Shown: piece after piece, positions 43,743 through 55,208 of the stretch
How the letters are laid out: the number at the start of each line of letters is the position of its first letter
How positions within the stretch are numbered: position 1 is the stretch's first letter
Assembly: GCA_963783455.1 (NCBI GenBank)
Contig: CAWANV010000009.1
Location: forward strand, 72,750-136,749
DNA length: 64,000 nucleotides
DNA from: an uncultured Alphaproteobacteria bacterium
GTDB taxonomy: Bacteria > Pseudomonadota > Alphaproteobacteria > Rhizobiales > Methyloligellaceae
Direction of reading: 5' to 3'
Made by a program: the position numbers and the translations under genes
The notes under the pieces: model-generated
What the model was told of the DNA's origin: nothing
The model's input: only the letters and a program-made list of their open reading frames with translations
Database searches by the model: none

Positions 43743-44721
43743 TCAGATCGTTCCGCCGCTGTTGGGGGGTTGCCCGCCGCGATTGGCGCGCTGGCGCAAG
43801 CCCAGCAAGGGCTCGGCCAGGCCGACAATGGCGACGGCGATGGCCACCCAGCCCAACAGCAAAATTCCGAGATAGACGGTAGCGAGTAGAAGCCCACGCA
43901 GCGGGACGCCCCGGCTATAGACGTGGATCACCGCCAATCCCTGCAGCACGTAAGCGAACAGCAACGCCCCGGCGAGGCCGGTGGCGAGCAGGCCCGGCAG
44001 GCCTGGCAGAAATGATGCGGCGAGCGCGCCGGCGAAAATGAGCACGAACGCGTTCGGCAGCTCGAGGGCATGAAGGTCGGGCCACGGCCGGCGCGCGCGC
44101 CCCGAGGCGTCGACGATCAGTCCCGCCATCCATAGATTGAACAGGGTGATGGTGAGCCAGATGATGGCGAAGGCGGCAGGAAGCGCCCGGGCGAGCACGT
44201 TCGAGAGGCTGCGCGATGTTCTCCTCGGTGAGGAGGGTGCCGTCGCGATCGAGCTCCTTCAAGGCGCTGTGACTGAGAATCTGGCGGATCAACTCGCGAT
44301 AGCTGTCCTGATCGTAGCCCAGGATGAGCACGAGGATGCCGGCCAGGATGCCGGCCATCAGCGCCGCCCAGCCGACGAGACGGCCCGGCGGATACCATTC
44401 GAGCGCACTCGGCACCTGGCCTTGCGTTGCCGCGACCGGGCGCGATAGGAGCGCGAGATGGACCAGGAGCGCGGTCGGCGCGGCCACTGAGAGGGCGAAG
44501 ATCGCTGCCGTGGCAGGCCCGAGGCTCGCGGCGATGATCACCGTGCCGGTGAGCGCCGAGAACAGCGCCGCCATTCCGCCCCAGCCGAGCCCGGCCAGAC
44601 AAAGCGGCAAGGGCGCGAGATAGAACAGCACGCCGGCAAGCGCGGTGGCCGTGGCGGCCGAGGCGAACAGAGCCGCCGAAACGAGGCCCGAGCCGGCGCC
44701 GATGATGAGAGGTGTTGGCAT
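43743..44721 (-). CDS. DUF2232-like membrane protein (apparent frameshift near 44210)
   Basis: Multi-TM protein with LEWYPPGRL and QGLAVIH; conserved position between rpsR and rplI. Confidence 0.82.
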
Positions 44722-44818
44722 TGATGCGCTGTCCCGCCTCCTAAAAGCGGTTAGGGGAGGGAGGTGCCCCGCCCCAACTTTGCTTACGGCCTAAGCTCAA
44801 GCGGCGTGCCTGAACTCC

Positions 44819-45064
44819 CTACTGAATAAGGTAAGGCAGAAGGCCAAGGAACCGCGCGCGCTTGATCGCACGGGCGAGCTCGCGCTGCTTCTTGGCGGAA
44901 ACTGCGGTGATCCGGCTCGGCACCATCTTGCCGCGCTCTGACACGTAACGCTGCAGAAGCTTCACGTCCTTGTAGTCGATCTTCGGCGCCTTATCGCCGG
45001 AGAAGGGACAGGTCTTGCGCCGGCGATAGAAGGGGCGGCGCGCCTGCATTTGCGTCATGCTCAT
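44819..45064 (-). CDS. rpsR: 30S ribosomal protein S18
   Basis: [25 protein letters not shown] and [13 protein letters not shown] motifs. Confidence 0.97.
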   Translation of the reverse strand: MSMTQMQARRPFYRRRKTCPFSGDKAPKIDYKDVKLLQRYVSERGKMVPSRITAVSAKKQRELARAIKRARFLGLLPYLIQ

Positions 45065-45597
45065 CAGGAGTCCTCCCCGCCTTCGATGGCGGCTACGGTT
45101 GCAACCTCAGCCTCGGCCTCGACGGGGACGCGCGCTTCCCGCGGGGCAAAATCGCGGTCGCGGTCGCGATAGTCGCGCCGGCCTCCGCGGCCGCCGCCGC
45201 GATCGCCCCGATCGCCACGGTCGCCTCGATCCCCGCGATCGCCGCGATCGCCGCGGCCTTCGCGCTCGTCGCGGTCGGCACGGCGCATCATCGCCGACGG
45301 TGCCGCATCGTGCTCGTCGACCTTCACGGTCAGGAAGCGGATGACGTCGGTTGAAAGGCGCATCTGGCGCTCGAGCTCGTTCACCGCCTCGTGGGGCGCG
45401 TCGATATTCATCAGCGCATAATGGGCCTTGCGGTTCTTCTTGATGCGGTAGGCAAGCGACTTCAGTCCCCAATATTCGGTCTTGCCGACCGACCCGCCGC
45501 GCTCCTCGAGGATAGAGCGGAAGCTCTGGAGAAGAGCGTCGACCTGCTGGGCGGAAATATCCTGCCGCGCCAGGAATACATGCTCATAGAGAGACAT
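45064..45597 (-). CDS. rpsF: 30S ribosomal protein S6 with long R/G/D-rich tail
   Basis: [33 protein letters not shown]. Confidence 0.97.
   Translation of the reverse strand: MSLYEHVFLARQDISAQQVDALLQSFRSILEERGGSVGKTEYWGLKSLAYRIKKNRKAHYALMNIDAPHEAVNELERQMRLSTDVIRFLTVKVDEHDAAPSAMMRRADRDEREGRGDRGDRGDRGDRGDRGDRGGGRGGRRDYRDRDRDFAPREARVPVEAEAEVATVAAIEGGEDS
45199..45252 (-). repeat. Six tandem 9-bp units encoding (GDR)6 in the S6 tail
   Basis: gcgatcgcc/ccgatcgcc/acggtcgcc/tcgatcccc/gcgatcgcc/gcgatcgcc on the + strand; variation is synonymous. Confidence 0.85.
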
Positions 45598-45770
45598 GGA
45601 TTGCCTTTCCTTCTTCGTTGCTCCGGCGCGAAGCCTCGCATGGGCGCTTTAGAAGGAAAGGCCCAAGAGACGACCCTGAGAGCGGAGACACGGGAGGGCG
45701 GCGATCAAAGCCTGCCGCTCGATACTTTGAGCGGTCCTCCGTTCAGCCTCCGACCGGAGCGGTTGCTGGT
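45598..45770 (-). promoter_or_regulatory. Structured rpsF 5' leader (candidate S6:S18 autoregulatory element)
   Basis: Minus strand has hairpin CCGCTC-AAAGTATC-GAGCGG and a CCTTTCCTTCT segment complementary to the AGAAGGAAAGG SD region. Confidence 0.5.
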
Positions 45771-45835
45771 GGCGGACTTATAAGACTTCGCGCGGGCTTT
45801 GCAAGGCCCGGCAGGCCCGCTGTGAAGCTCGCCTC

Positions 45836-46315
45836 CTATTGCGGGGCCGACTGCGACGTGCACTCCGTGGCTTTGTTCTCGGTCACGGAGAACGCCTTGC
45901 AATTGCCGGCGGCGTTGACCTCGACCACCCCCAACTTGTCGATGGGCGCATCGGCATATTCGACGGTGAAGCTCACGGGCGTGACGACCTGTATGGTCAT
46001 GTCCTGCGGTGGGCGGCCCTTGGCGTCGAAGGCGAAGATGAGGTCCTTGGGGTCGCCCATGCGCGGCGTCAGCTGGAGTTCGGTGTAGTTCGGGGTCGGG
46101 GCCTGGGCGTTAACCGTGATGGCGACGGTGGGCGGGTTCGACTTGTTGATGACGACGCTCACATCGTCCACGGAGACGAGCTGTACCAGCGCGGGATCGG
46201 GCGGCAGTTTCGACTTCCAGGGCCAGGGCAGCGGATCGGCGGCCAAGAGGGGCAAGCTTGCGGTCATGACCGCCAAGAATGCGGTCAAGGCGCCGAGGAG
46301 AACGGGACGATTCAT
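45836..46315 (-). CDS. Hypothetical secreted protein
   Basis: AAGGGAG SD; signal peptide; beta-rich domain KSNPP...APTPNY...FDAKGRPP; C-terminal Cys pair. Confidence 0.72.
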   Translation of the reverse strand: MNRPVLLGALTAFLAVMTASLPLLAADPLPWPWKSKLPPDPALVQLVSVDDVSVVINKSNPPTVAITVNAQAPTPNYTELQLTPRMGDPKDLIFAFDAKGRPPQDMTIQVVTPVSFTVEYADAPIDKLGVVEVNAAGNCKAFSVTENKATECTSQSAPQ

Positions 46316-46522
46316 GCATGTCTCCCTTTTTCAGTCTTAATTAGGGCTGCCTATCGGAACACTCTTCTAGCACGTGGGGTTGCGCGGGCGCGTTATCTTT
46401 TCGGTTGCTTGGTCTGTCGTACTGGCGGAGCGGCGGCAAGCCTCGCTTGACAGAAAAGATTGAAACAGTGTCTTTGGCCGCAACTCGTCATCTCCCCCAT
46501 TCATCGAAGTCATGCAGCGCCT

Positions 46523-47465
46523 ATGAGCATTGCTTTCATCTTTCCCGGCCAGGGAAGCCAAGCCGTCGGCATGGGAGCCGAGCTCGCCAAGGCTTACCCT
46601 TCCGCGCGCGCCGTGTTCGACGAGGTCGACGCGGCGCTGTCACAGAACCTGTCGCGGTTGATGTGGGAAGGACCCGAAGCCGAACTCACGCTCACCGAGA
46701 ACGCGCAGCCGGCGCTGATGGCGGTCTCTCTGGCGGCCATGCGGGTGCTCGGCGACAAGGGGCTCAAGCTTCCGTCCCGCGTGGCCTATGTCGCAGGCCA
46801 CTCGCTCGGCGAATATTCGGCCCTTGCCGCGGCCGGCGCGCTCAGCCTCGCCGACACGGCGCGGCTCCTCAAGACTCGTGGCCGCGCCATGCAGGAGGCG
46901 GTGCCCGTGGGCGAAGGGGCGATGGCGGCCTTGCTCGGCGCCGATCTCGCCCAGGCGCAGGAGCTTGCCAAGGTAGCGGCGCAAGGCGAGGTGTGCGAGG
47001 CCGCCAATGACAATGCGCCGGGGCAGGTGGTGATCTCGGGCGCCAAGCGAGCGATCGAGCGCGCCGTGAGCTTGGCGCCGAAATTCGGCGCCCGTCGCGC
47101 GGTGCTGCTTCCGGTGAGCGCCCCCTTCCATTGCGCCCTGATGCAGCCTGCGGCCGAGGCGATGCGGGCGGCGCTCTCCAAAGTGACGATCAACCCGCCC
47201 GCGGTTCCTCTGATCGCCAACGTGCTCGCCGCGCCGATCTCCGACCCCGAAATCATTCGTGCGCGTCTCGTCGAGCAGATCACTGGCATGGTCAGGTGGC
47301 GGGAGACGATGCTTTATCTCAAGGCAGAACGGCGTCGGCACCGTCTATGAAGTGGGCGCCGGGCGCGTGCTCACCGGGATCGCCCGGCGCTTCGAAGGGA
47401 TCGAGGCGCGGAGCGTCGGCACGCCAGAAGAGCTCGAAGCCGCGGCGGCGGCGCTTGCGGCCTAA
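46523..47465 (+). CDS. fabD: Malonyl-CoA:ACP transacylase (apparent frameshift near 47325)
   Basis: FIFPGQGSQ, AGHSLGEY, VSAPFHC and EVGAGRVL motifs. Confidence 0.96.
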
Positions 47466-47492
47466 GGCCGCTTAGGAGAAGGAGAGGTTTCG

Positions 47493-48234
47493 ATGTTCGA
47501 TCTCACAGGCAAAGGAGCGCTCGTCACGGGCGCCACCGGCGGGATCGGCGGCGCCATCGCCAAGGCGCTGCATGCCCAAGGCGCCAACGTCGCGATCTCA
47601 GGCACCAAGCGCGGAGCGTCTCGATGCGCTCGCCGCCGAACTCGGCTCCCGCGTGTTCGTGCTTCCTTGCGATCTGCGCGACCGCGCCGGCGGTGGCCAA
47701 GCTTGCCGAGGAGGCCGAGAAGACGCTCGGCCAGGTCGGACATCCTCGTCAACAATGCGGGCATCACCCACGACAATCTCTTCATGCGCATGAAGGACGA
47801 GGAATGGGACGACGTGATCGCCGTCAATCTCACCTCGGTGTTCGTGCTCACCCGCGGCATCTTGCGGAACATGATGCGCCGCCGTTACGGGCGCATCGTC
47901 AATATCGCCTCGATCTCAGGCGTGCTCGGCAATCCGGGGCAGCGGCAACTATGCGGCCTCGAAGGCGGGACTGGTCGGCATGACCAAGTCGCTGGCCCGC
48001 GAGGTGGCGAGCCGGGGCATCACCGCCAACTGCATCGCGCCCGGGTTCATCAAGACGCCCATGACCGATGCCTTGACGCCGAAGCAAGTCGAGGCTATTG
48101 CCGCCGCCATCCCGGCAAAGACCTTCGGCAAGCCCGAAGACGTCGCCGCCGCCGTGGCCTTCCTCGCCAGCAACGAGGCGGCCTATATCACGGGCGAGAC
48201 GATGCATGTGAACGGCGGTATGGTCATGGTGTAA
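47493..48234 (+). CDS. fabG: 3-oxoacyl-ACP reductase (apparent frameshifts)
   Basis: VTGATGGIG, VNNAGIT, NYAASK, APGFIKT and HVNGG motifs. Confidence 0.95.
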
Positions 48235-48489
48235 GCGTTTGATTGACAAAGACTTGGAGCAACGGCTTCAGCAGGTTTGGCAGGCATTTTTCCCCCGGTG
48301 AGGGCTTCTGGCAAAGTCGCATAAAGTATGCTACCCAAACGGCCGCTCTGTGGGGGCTTGACAAACGACAATCCCACCGCGATCAACCCTCTTAAACTTA
48401 CCGCTCGGGGGTGCGTTAGGCCGTCAGCCGCCAGCTCGGGGGGACGTGCGAGGCTTAAGGACTGACAAGCAAGGGACGGTGAGGCGGAT

Positions 48490-48729
48490 ATGAGCGATAT
48501 CTCGGAGCGCGTAAAGAAGATCGTGGTGGAGCATCTCGGGGTCGAGGCCGACAAGGTCACCGAGAACGCGAGCTTCATCGACGACCTTGGGGCCGACAGC
48601 CTCGACACCGTCGAGCTCGTCATGGCCTTCGAGGAGGAGTTCGGCTGCGAGATCCCCGACGATGCGGCGGAGACCATCCTCACCGTCGGCGATGCCATAA
48701 AATTCCTGGAGAAGAATACAGCCGCTTGA
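48490..48729 (+). CDS. acpP: Acyl carrier protein
   Basis: [20 protein letters not shown]. Confidence 0.98.
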   Translation: MSDISERVKKIVVEHLGVEADKVTENASFIDDLGADSLDTVELVMAFEEEFGCEIPDDAAETILTVGDAIKFLEKNTAA

Positions 48730-48826
48730 CGCGACTTCGCGCGGGGCTTAGCCGCACCCGTCGTGACAAACGAAAGCCCTCGAACGGCTCGACAACAGGT
48801 TCCCGCGAGGACCACGCGAAAGCGCG

Positions 48827-50092
48827 ATGCGACGTGTCGTCATCACAGGCTTGGGTCTCGTCTCGCCGCTCGGCTGCGGCTACGAGACGACGTGGGAGCG
48901 GCTGACCGCGGGTCATAACGCCGCCCGCCGCATCGAGACTTTCGACGTCTCCGATCTCTCCTGCCAGATCGCCTGCCAGGTCCCGCGTGGCGACGGCTCC
49001 AACGGCAGCTTCAATCCGAACGACTGGATGGAGCCGAAAGAGCAGCGCAAGGTCGACGAGTTCATCATCTACGCCATGGGCGCCGCTACCCAGGCGCTGA
49101 CAGATGCCGGTTGGAAGCCTACGGCCTATGAGGACCAGATCCGCACCGGCGTGCTGATCGGCTCAGGCATCGGCGGGCTCCAGGGCATCGAGAAGACCTC
49201 GCTGCTTTTGGCCGAGAAGGGCCCGCGCCGGGTGAGCCCGTTCTTCATTCCCGGGCGCCTGATCAATCTCGCCGCAGGCTATGTCTCCATCGAGCATGGC
49301 CTCAAAGGGCCGAACCACGCCGTCGTCACCGCCTGCTCGACCGGCGCGCATGCCATCGGCGATGCCTCGCGCCTCGTTGCGCTCGGCGATGCCGACGTGA
49401 TGCTCGCCGGCGGCAGCGAATCGCCGGTCTGCCGGCTGGCAATCGCGGGCTTCGCCGCCTGCCGCGCGCTCTCCACCAATTTCAACGATCAGCCGCAGCG
49501 CGCGTCGCGCCCCTATGATCGCGACCGCGACGGCTTCGTCATGGGCGAGGGGGCCGGCGTGGTGGTGCTCGAAGAGCTCGAACACGCCAAGGCGAGGGGC
49601 GCGCGGATCTATGCCGAGATCATCGGCTATGGGCTGTCGGGCGACGCCTTCCACATCACCGCGCCCGCCGAGGACGGCGACGGCGCCTATCGCTGCATGG
49701 TCGCGGCGGTGAAGCGCGCCGGCATCGACCCCGCCGACATCGACTATATCAATGCGCACGGCACCTCGACGCCGATGGGCGACGAGATCGAGCTGGCCGC
49801 GGTCGAGCGGCTGTTCGGCAACGCTGCGGGGAAGGTCTCGATGTCTTCGACCAAGTCGGCGATCGGCCATCTGCTCGGCGCGGCCGGCGCGGTCGAGGCG
49901 ATCTTCTCGGCGCTGGCGATCCGCGACAATCTCGCGCCGCCGACCCTCAATCTCGACAATCCTTCGGTGGCGACGGCCATCGACCTCGTGCCGCATCAGG
50001 CACGGCGCCGGACCATCGATACGGTGCTGTCGAATTCCTTCGGCTTTGGCGGAACGAATGCCTCGCTGATCCTTCGCCGCTGCGACGCCTGA
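48827..50092 (+). CDS. fabF: Beta-ketoacyl-ACP synthase II
   Basis: VTACSTG, NAHGTST, STKSAIGHLLGAAG and SNSFGFGG motifs. Confidence 0.97.
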   Translation: MRRVVITGLGLVSPLGCGYETTWERLTAGHNAARRIETFDVSDLSCQIACQVPRGDGSNGSFNPNDWMEPKEQRKVDEFIIYAMGAATQALTDAGWKPTAYEDQIRTGVLIGSGIGGLQGIEKTSLLLAEKGPRRVSPFFIPGRLINLAAGYVSIEHGLKGPNHAVVTACSTGAHAIGDASRLVALGDADVMLAGGSESPVCRLAIAGFAACRALSTNFNDQPQRASRPYDRDRDGFVMGEGAGVVVLEELEHAKARGARIYAEIIGYGLSGDAFHITAPAEDGDGAYRCMVAAVKRAGIDPADIDYINAHGTSTPMGDEIELAAVERLFGNAAGKVSMSSTKSAIGHLLGAAGAVEAIFSALAIRDNLAPPTLNLDNPSVATAIDLVPHQARRRTIDTVLSNSFGFGGTNASLILRRCDA

Positions 50093-50184
50093 CGGGCGCC
50101 CTTGGCGTTTGTCGCGGCGAACCTCCCTTTCGCCATATTTCGACTTCAAGTGGTTGGCATCGTCCGCTGCAGGGCCTTCTAGCC

Positions 50185-51654
50185 ATGTCTTTGACCAGAG
50201 ACCTTCCGTCGACGGCTAACGACAACGACGAGCGCCTTCCGGCCGGCGCGGCCGGGCGGCAGCTCGCGGTGCTTCCCGCGCAGCCCGGCCGAGGCGCTGG
50301 AGCCGACGCGTCCGCCCGACGCCGCCGGAGCGCGATGAGCCCGAGCCGGACCCGCATCCCTTCTTGCGGATGCTCGATGGGCTCGTGACCTTCTTCTTCC
50401 TCTTGGCCTGCCTGCTCGTGGGCGTCTTCTATTGGGTCAAGGTGCAGTTCGACCAGCCCGGCCCGCTCGCCACCTCGACGGTGGTCGCCATTCCGCAAGG
50501 GCGAGGGGGTGAGCGCCATCGCCGAGCGGCTCGAGCGCGACGGCGTGATCGCCGACCGGCGCATCTTCATGACCAGCATCCTGTACTTTATGTATCTGAA
50601 GGGGCAGGGGAGCCTGAAGGCCGGCGAATACGAGTTCCGCAAATATGCGACCATGCGGCAGGTGCTCGATACGCTGGTCGAGGGCAAGTCGATCGAGCAC
50701 AAGGTCACGCTTGCCGAAGGGCTGACCAGCTTCCAGATCGTGGACGAAGCTCATGGCCCATCCCGAGCTGCATGGCGAGATCGCCGAAATTCCTCCCGAA
50801 GGCAGCCTGCTCCCCGATACCTACAGGTTCGGCCGCAACGACACGCGCCAGGACATCATCGAGCGCATGCAGGCCGCGCAAGCGAAGTTCCTCGCCAAAG
50901 TATGGGAAACCCGCGACGAAGGCATCGTGGTGACGACGCCGGAAGAGGCGCTGATCCTCGCTTCGATCGTGGAGAAGGAGACGGGCCGGGCCGATGAGCG
51001 CCCGCTGCATCGCGAGCGTGTTCCAGAACCGGCTCAGGAAGAACATGCGGCTGCAGTCCGACCCCACCATCATCTATGGCCTGGTGGGCGGCAAGGGCGT
51101 GCTCGACCATCCCATTCAGCAGGACGAGCTCGATCGCGAAACGCAATATAATACATACAAAATCAATGGCTTACCGCCGACGCCGATCGCCAATCCCGGC
51201 CGCGCCGCGATCGAGGCGGTGCTGCGGCCGGCCAAGACCAAAGACCTCTATTTCGTTGCCGACGGCACGGGCGGCCACGTCTTTGCGGCGACGCTCGACG
51301 AGCACAATAAGAATGTCGTCCAGCTGGCGGAAGGTCGAGCGCGAGATCCGCGCCAAGGAAGCGCAAGAGGCGGCAGCCAAAGCCGCACAAGATGCGGCCG
51401 CCGGGGACGCGGGTGGCGTCGCGACCGCCGCCCAGCCGGCCCCGCCTGGCGCCGCCGCAGGTACGCCGCAAGGTCCTGGAGCGCCCGTCGCCAAAAGCGC
51501 TCCCGGCGTCATGGCAGCGGAGCCTGCGGACCTGTCAGGCGCCTTTGCCGACCCGACTGTCCTTCTCAATCCGGCGCAAGATCCCTTCGCGGTGCCGGCC
51601 GAGGCTGCGAGCGGCGAGGCGGTGCCGAAGCCGTTGCGGAATCCGAAGCGCTAG
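50185..51654 (+). CDS. mltG: Endolytic transglycosylase MltG (apparent frameshifts)
   Basis: LKAGEY, EGSLLPDTY, LASIVEKET, LQSDPT, GLPPTPIANPG and LYFVADGTGGH motifs. Confidence 0.93.
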
Positions 51655-51767
51655 CTGCGCTAAGGCCGATCTTCACTAACTTCGAGCCTTCCCGTGCCGC
51701 AAGCCGCGCGACTCGGCTTATAAGCGGCATGGCTTAGAGACTCCAACGCGGCAAGGCCTACGACCGG

Positions 51768-52658
51768 ATGACCCTCAAAAGCATGACTGGCTTTGCCCGC
51801 GCCGACGGCGTGCACGGGGACACGAGCTGGCATTGGGAAGCGCGGAGCGTCAACGGCCGCAACCTCGATCTCCGCTTGCGTCTGCCGTCGGGCTTCGATG
51901 GGCTTGAGATCAGGGCGCGCAGCCTCTGCCCAGGAGAAGCTCGCGCGCGGCAATTGCACCATCAACCTTTGGGTGAAGCGCGAGAGCGGGCAGATGGAGA
52001 TCAGGCTGAACGAGGCGGCGCTCCGCCAAGCCCAAGCCGTGGCGGAACGGGCGCAAGACTTGACCGGGCTCAAGCCTCCGCGTCTCGACACGCTGCTCGG
52101 CCATGCGCGGCGTGGTCGAAACGGTGGAGGGGGAGGAGAGCGAGGAGGCGCAAGCGGCGCTCAGCCATGCTCTCATCGCCAGCCTTGCCGCTGCGCTCGA
52201 TCAGCTCGTGCAGCGCGCGCGCGGGCGAAGGGGAGCGGCTTCAGACCGTGATCGAGAAGCAGCTTGCCGCGATCGGAAGCCTGGTCGAGCGCGCCGCCGG
52301 CGCTGCCGCCCGGCAGCCCGAGGCGATCGCAGCGCGCCTTGGCGAGCAGATCGCCCGCCTCACCGAGCCAGGCTCAGGCCTCGACCCCGAGCGGCTGCAC
52401 CAGGAAGCTTTGCTGCTTGCCGCCAAGGCCGATATCCAGGAGGAGCTCGATCGCTTGCGCGCTCATGTCGCGGCAGCCAACGAGCTCATCGAGAGCGACC
52501 AGCCGGTCGGGCGCAAATTCGAGTTCCTGGCGCAGGAGTTCAATCGCGAGGCGAACACGATCTGCTCGAAGGCTTCCGACATCGAGATCAGCCGGACCGG
52601 GCTCGAGCTCAAGACCGTCATCGATCAGCTGCGCGAGCAGGTCCAGAACATCGAGTGA
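51768..52658 (+). CDS. yicC: YicC/YloC family endoribonuclease (apparent frameshifts)
   Basis: SMTGFAR, RSVNGR, DIQEELDRL, QEFNREANT and REQVQNIE motifs. Confidence 0.93.
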   Translation: MTLKSMTGFARADGVHGDTSWHWEARSVNGRNLDLRLRLPSGFDGLEIRARSLCPGEARARQLHHQPLGEARERADGDQAERGGAPPSPSRGGTGARLDRAQASASRHAARPCAAWSKRWRGRRARRRKRRSAMLSSPALPLRSISSCSARAGEGERLQTVIEKQLAAIGSLVERAAGAAARQPEAIAARLGEQIARLTEPGSGLDPERLHQEALLLAAKADIQEELDRLRAHVAAANELIESDQPVGRKFEFLAQEFNREANTICSKASDIEISRTGLELKTVIDQLREQVQNIE

Positions 52659-52664
52659 GGGAAG

Positions 52665-53300
52665 ATGGAGACGGGCATCGCCAGAAGGGGCCTCATGCTG
52701 GTGTTGTCGTCGCCCTCCGGCGCGGGCAAGACCACGCTGGCGCGGCGGCTGCTCGACGAGGAGCCGGGCATCGCGATGTCGATCTCCCATACCACGCGCC
52801 CGAAGCGCAAGGGCGAGAAGGACGGCGAGGACTACCACTTCGTCGACCGCGACACCTTCACGCGGATGCGCGATCACGGCGAGTTCCTGGAATGGGCGGT
52901 GGTGTTCGACAATTATTACGGCACGACGCGGAAACCCGTGGAGCAGGCGCTGGCGGAAGGGCGCGACGTGCTGTTCGACGTCGATTGGCAGGGGGCGGCG
53001 GCCTTGCGCGCCACGGCCGAGCACGATGTCGTCACGGTCTTTATTCTTCCGCCCACGGCGGCAGACCTCGAACAGCGCCTCAATGTGCGCGCTCAGGATC
53101 CGCCTGAAATCGTGCGGCGCAGGATGCTCGGCGCCAGCAACGAGATCCAGCACTGGCAGGAATACGATTATGTCGTGGTCAATTACGACATCGAGCAGTC
53201 GGTGGCGGCGGTGCGCTCGATCCTCGCCGCCGAGCGCCTGCGAGGCTCGCGCCTGACCGGCCTCAGGAGCTTCGTGCAGAATTTGCTGGCCGCGCTCTAG
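52665..53300 (+). CDS. gmk: Guanylate kinase
   Basis: SSPSGAGKTT, SHTTR, DYHFV, YYGT and DVDWQG motifs. Confidence 0.96.
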   Translation: METGIARRGLMLVLSSPSGAGKTTLARRLLDEEPGIAMSISHTTRPKRKGEKDGEDYHFVDRDTFTRMRDHGEFLEWAVVFDNYYGTTRKPVEQALAEGRDVLFDVDWQGAAALRATAEHDVVTVFILPPTAADLEQRLNVRAQDPPEIVRRRMLGASNEIQHWQEYDYVVVNYDIEQSVAAVRSILAAERLRGSRLTGLRSFVQNLLAAL

Positions 53301-54160
53301 CGCTTGCTCCGCGATTGCGCCTCAAGCGCGTTGGCGATGCGGCAGAACTCGGCCGACGCCGAGCTCTTCGGCGCGCGCCTTAGGGTCGATGCCGAGCCCT
53401 TGCAACAGCGCCTCGCTATCAGGGGTGATCTGGCGCAGCGAGGAGCGGAGCATCTTGCGCCTCTGGCCGAACGCGGCGGCGGTGACCTTTTCCAACGTGG
53501 ACACGTCGCAAGGCGGCTGCAGGCGCCTCCCGCGGGACGAACTCGACAAGGGCCGAGTCCACCTTGGGTCTCGGCGTGAAGGCTGCCGCCGGGAGCGTGA
53601 AGAGGATGCGCGGCGAGGTGCGCCACTGAGAGAGCACCGCAAGCCGCCCATAGTCCTTGCCACCGGAAGCGGCCACGATGCGCATCGCCACCTCGCGCTG
53701 GAACATCAGAACGAGCCGGTCGAACCAGGGCGGCCAGGGCTCGGTCTTCAGCCAGGAGATGAGGAGGGGGGTCGCGACGCTATAAGGCAAGTTGGCGACG
53801 ATGCGGGCAGGCGAGGGGAGCGCGAGAGCGCCATAGTCGACCTCTCTGGCATCGGCGGGGAGGATATCGAGCCGCCCGGGATAGAGCGCGGCGATGGCTT
53901 GAAGCGCCGGCAGGCATCGCTCGTCCTTCTCGATGGCGACGACGCGGCCAGCGCCTTCGAGAAGCAGCGCGCGGGTGAGCCCGCCGGGGCCGGGGCCCAC
54001 CTCGACGACGTTCACGCCTTCGAGCGGGCCAGCTGGCGCGGGCGATGCGCCTTGTCAGATTGAAATCGAGCAGAAAGTTCTGGCCGAGGCTCTTCTTCGC
54101 CGAAAGCCCCAGTTCACGGATCACCTCGCGGAGCGGCGGCAAGCCGTCGGGCGTGCTCAC
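53297..54160 (-). CDS. rsmA: 16S rRNA m6,2A dimethyltransferase (apparent frameshifts)
   Basis: [29 protein letters not shown] and FGQRRKML motifs. Confidence 0.95.
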
Positions 54161-55180
54161 GCGCGCGCCTCGGCCTTTTCGCTCATGGCCGAGGCCAAGC
54201 GCAGCGCTTCGATCAGACTGCGCGGGCTGGCCTTGCCGGTGCCGGCAAGACGGAAGGCCGTGCCATGGTCGGGAGAGGTGCGCACGAAGGGCAGTCCGAG
54301 CGTCACGTTGACGCCCTCCTCGAAGGCGAGCGTCTTGAACGGCACGAGCGCCTGGTCGTGATACATGCAGATGGCCGCGTCGTAGGTCGAGCGGGCGCTC
54401 GTGTGGAACAGCGTATCGGCAGGATGCGGGCCGCTGACGTCGAGCCCCTTCGCCCGCGCCGCCTCGATCGCGGGCATGATGATGTCGATCTCCTCGCGGC
54501 CCAAGCTTCCCTCTTCGCCGGCGTGCGGGTTGAGGCCCGAGACGGCAAGGCGCGGACGCTTCAAGCCGAAATAGCGGCGGAGGCCGCTTGCCGTGATCTC
54601 GATGGTGGCGAGGATCAGGTCCCTGGTCAGTAGGCGCGGGACGTCCTTGAGCGGGATGTGGATGGTGACCGGGACCACTTTGAGGGTGGGGCTGGCGAGC
54701 ATCATCACCGGATGCAAGGGCGCTCCCTTTGCCGAGGCAAGAGCGGCGAGATACTCGGTGTGTCCCGGGAAGGGGAAGCCCGCGCCATAGAGCACGGCTT
54801 TAGAGATGGGGTTGGTCACGACGGCGCGCGCCGCTCCCTTCTGTACGAGGCTCACCGCGCGCTCGATCGACTGCTTGACCGCCGGCACGGCGGCTTCTTC
54901 GGGACGTCCGGCCATGACGGTGCCCAGACCCGCGACCGGCAGCACCGGAAGAGCCTGTTGGAAGAGACCGGTCGCGGCGCTCGCCTCGGACGACTTCGCC
55001 GATCGGCACGGTAAGGCCTAACGCGCGGGCGCGCTCGGCAAGAACGGCCGCATCGCCGATCAAGACGAAAGGAGGAATGGTTTCACGCGTCCTCGCCGTC
55101 CAGGCGAGAAGCGTGATGTCCGGCCCGATCCCGGCTGGATCGCCAAGGGTGAGCGCTAAGGGACGTTCGGCAAGACCCAT
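54157..55180 (-). CDS. pdxA: 4-hydroxythreonine-4-phosphate dehydrogenase (apparent frameshift near 54985)
   Basis: [26 protein letters not shown] and RTSPDHGT motifs. Confidence 0.95.
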
Positions 55181-55208
55181 GGAGCTTCGGCTAGCACGAA
55201 ACAGCGCC

